The notes under the pieces were generated by a model. That model was not told the DNA's origin and searched no databases. It saw only the letters and a list, made by a program, of their open reading frames with translations. The position numbers were made by a program, and so were the translations under genes. Of a DNA stretch of 64,000 nucleotides, positions 61,983-64,000 are shown piece after piece; position 1 is the stretch's first letter; every line of letters begins with the position of its first letter. This DNA comes from Podarcis cretensis (lineage: Eukaryota), in the NCBI GenBank assembly GCA_951804945.1, contig OX638153.1:30442001-30506000 (forward strand), written 5' to 3'.

Positions 61983-64000
61983 TCATACAGTTAATTGCTA
62001 CCTCTGTAGAAGTTATAGTATGGAGACTTGGGTGTTATATTTATGTATACAAATTATTGTAATCACAGCCAGTGATTGAGCAGCACTGGATTATGATGTG
62101 GAGATCATTCATGTTTAGGACTATTCAAATTTTAGAATGTGCAGGGGATTCTGGTGAAGTCACCTATTGAAGATGGTAGGATTAGTTTGCAATCTCCTTG
62201 TTCCACTGCATGCAAAACAGCATCTTTTACCTAAAGTAGATCAGCAAAAGTGTGGCATTCCTCTGGAATATGCATAAAGAATCCCAACCACTGCAAGAAC
62301 AGAAGTCCTACTTTGGGGAGTGTTAGCAAACTCCAACTCACTGGACAAAGCTGAAGGGCCTATTATGGCATGCAAAAACATTATGCCTTGAAAAAAGATA
62401 ATGCAGCCACCATGAACCAATAATAAGATTTTTGAGTGACATTTAGACTTTACTGTGAAGCGGGCTTCAGTATAAAACCATCCAGATGTCCACTAAGAGC
62501 CAAACTACATGTGGCACTAAACACCATACTGTATTAGTAGGTCTAGCTTATTTTGGATTTTCTTTTGATGTTCGGAGCTGATATCCATTCCTTACACTGT
62601 TAGTAAATTTCAAGTCAAACTATACATGATGCTAAACAGGTCACTAAGAGTTATGTGAATCTTTTTAAATAACAGGCATGAGAGGCCCTGAACAAAGTCA
62701 GAACTGTGGCTCATAGAGAGAGTTTTTATTCCCCTGCCATGATTCCAATTAAAATCACTCCTGCAGTTGCTGTTAACCCCAGGAGCAAAACTTCCATTGC
62801 TATGTGGAGATAATTCTCTTTGAAACCATGATGGGATAGAACAGGTTATTCTCTTGGGCCTGTGGAGCTAATGTCAGTGATAGGGAACCATCATTTGCTT
62901 ATTTAGTTTTTAAAAGATTGGTTTAATTTGTAGTGATGCATTTAGCATCACAGTTTTTTTTGGCCCTAAGCTTATGGACATCACAAGGAATGTTTAGGAA
63001 GCTATGGATCTTGGTCCTTTTCTAAAAATATGCCAGACCTACATCTCTGAATGCAAGATATGGAGATGACCAAAGACTGTCTGAATCTCCAAGACCACAG
63101 AATACCTGAGTCGAAGGAGGGACAAGACATTGTCCGTTTCTCACATCTAATACCTGAGAAGGTCTGCTTAGCTCCAGCAAGATGTTAGTCTCATTTGCCT
63201 TCAGACTGTATACTGCGGTGCTATTCAGCATGTCTCTCAGTATTCTTACTTCTGCACTCCATGATCTCTTTTATACCCTACCAATAGGCTGTCAGCTAGG
63301 ACAAAGAGGACATTAATTCAAAGTGCAATATTATATAATATGCCTGAATAGCTCTTGCCAGCAGATCACTTTTTGCAAGAGTTGTACAGACATAGCAGTA
63401 GTAATAAGATAGTTCCCCACCTGCCAGATTAATACTGCAGATGTTTCAGATTTGTTACCTAGCTACAACAGATGTTTATAAACCCATTAGGCAGTAGGAA
63501 TCAGTAAAGAACTTCTTGCAATACTTATATTTTGAATAAGAGCTTAACTCTCTGAAATGGGTTTTTTCCCCTAATGAAGATTTCTTGTCTGCTTAATAAA
63601 TTCCATTTTGTACCTCATATTAACCTATTCTTTTCTGGTCTTTACCATGGGAGTTCAAGCTATTTCTGTGCACCAGAAATAGGCAAGTAAACTGATGGCT
63701 TCAATGCAGCCTGATGATTGATGATGGGTGGGAGCAATGTACACTAATCAGTAATATGGCTGTCTAAAGTATTGAACTATAAAATGACCACTTGAAGGGC
63801 TGTAGGAACCAGGTCTATAGTGTATGTACAGGGAGAGCTGTATGGAAATTGCTTGTTTGGGGAGAAATGGTTTTGAATTTCAAGGTACTGAAGTAGTGCT
63901 TGTTTCAGATTAGGAATGCCAACTTGGATGCTTTCTTCTATGCATCTGTAACGGCTGATCAACTTGGACATTCGTAAACATATAGGGTGGTATACCCAGT

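Noticed and set aside
61666-64000. Next exon (EIRTLALM..., rest of NC3)
   Set aside because: Not found in this interval; presumably downstream of the window.

Overview
This is vertebrate genomic DNA from a squamate. The Sauria SINE and L2 3' ends suggest a lacertid lizard (inference). The whole window lies inside one + strand gene, COL13A1 (transmembrane collagen XIII). I found 25 small phase-0 AG...GT exons (27-99 bp, 372 codons in total) covering most of COL1, NC2, all of COL2 and the start of NC3. The 5' (transmembrane/NC1) and 3' (COL3/NC4) exons lie outside the window. Against the human protein as I recall it, COL2 is remodelled: four extra collagenous exons are present and two human exons appear absent. 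The introns hold a near-intact antisense L2 LINE with a 5' monomer array, nested in an older L2 end, and a young 5'-truncated RTE-X LINE with an 8-bp TSD. They also hold a solo Penelope-type repeat with a minimal hammerhead ribozyme core, several SINEs, hAT and Tc1/mariner MITEs, and microsatellites. Most entries in the ORF track are spurious. Comparisons with human or mouse are from memory and need confirming by alignment.
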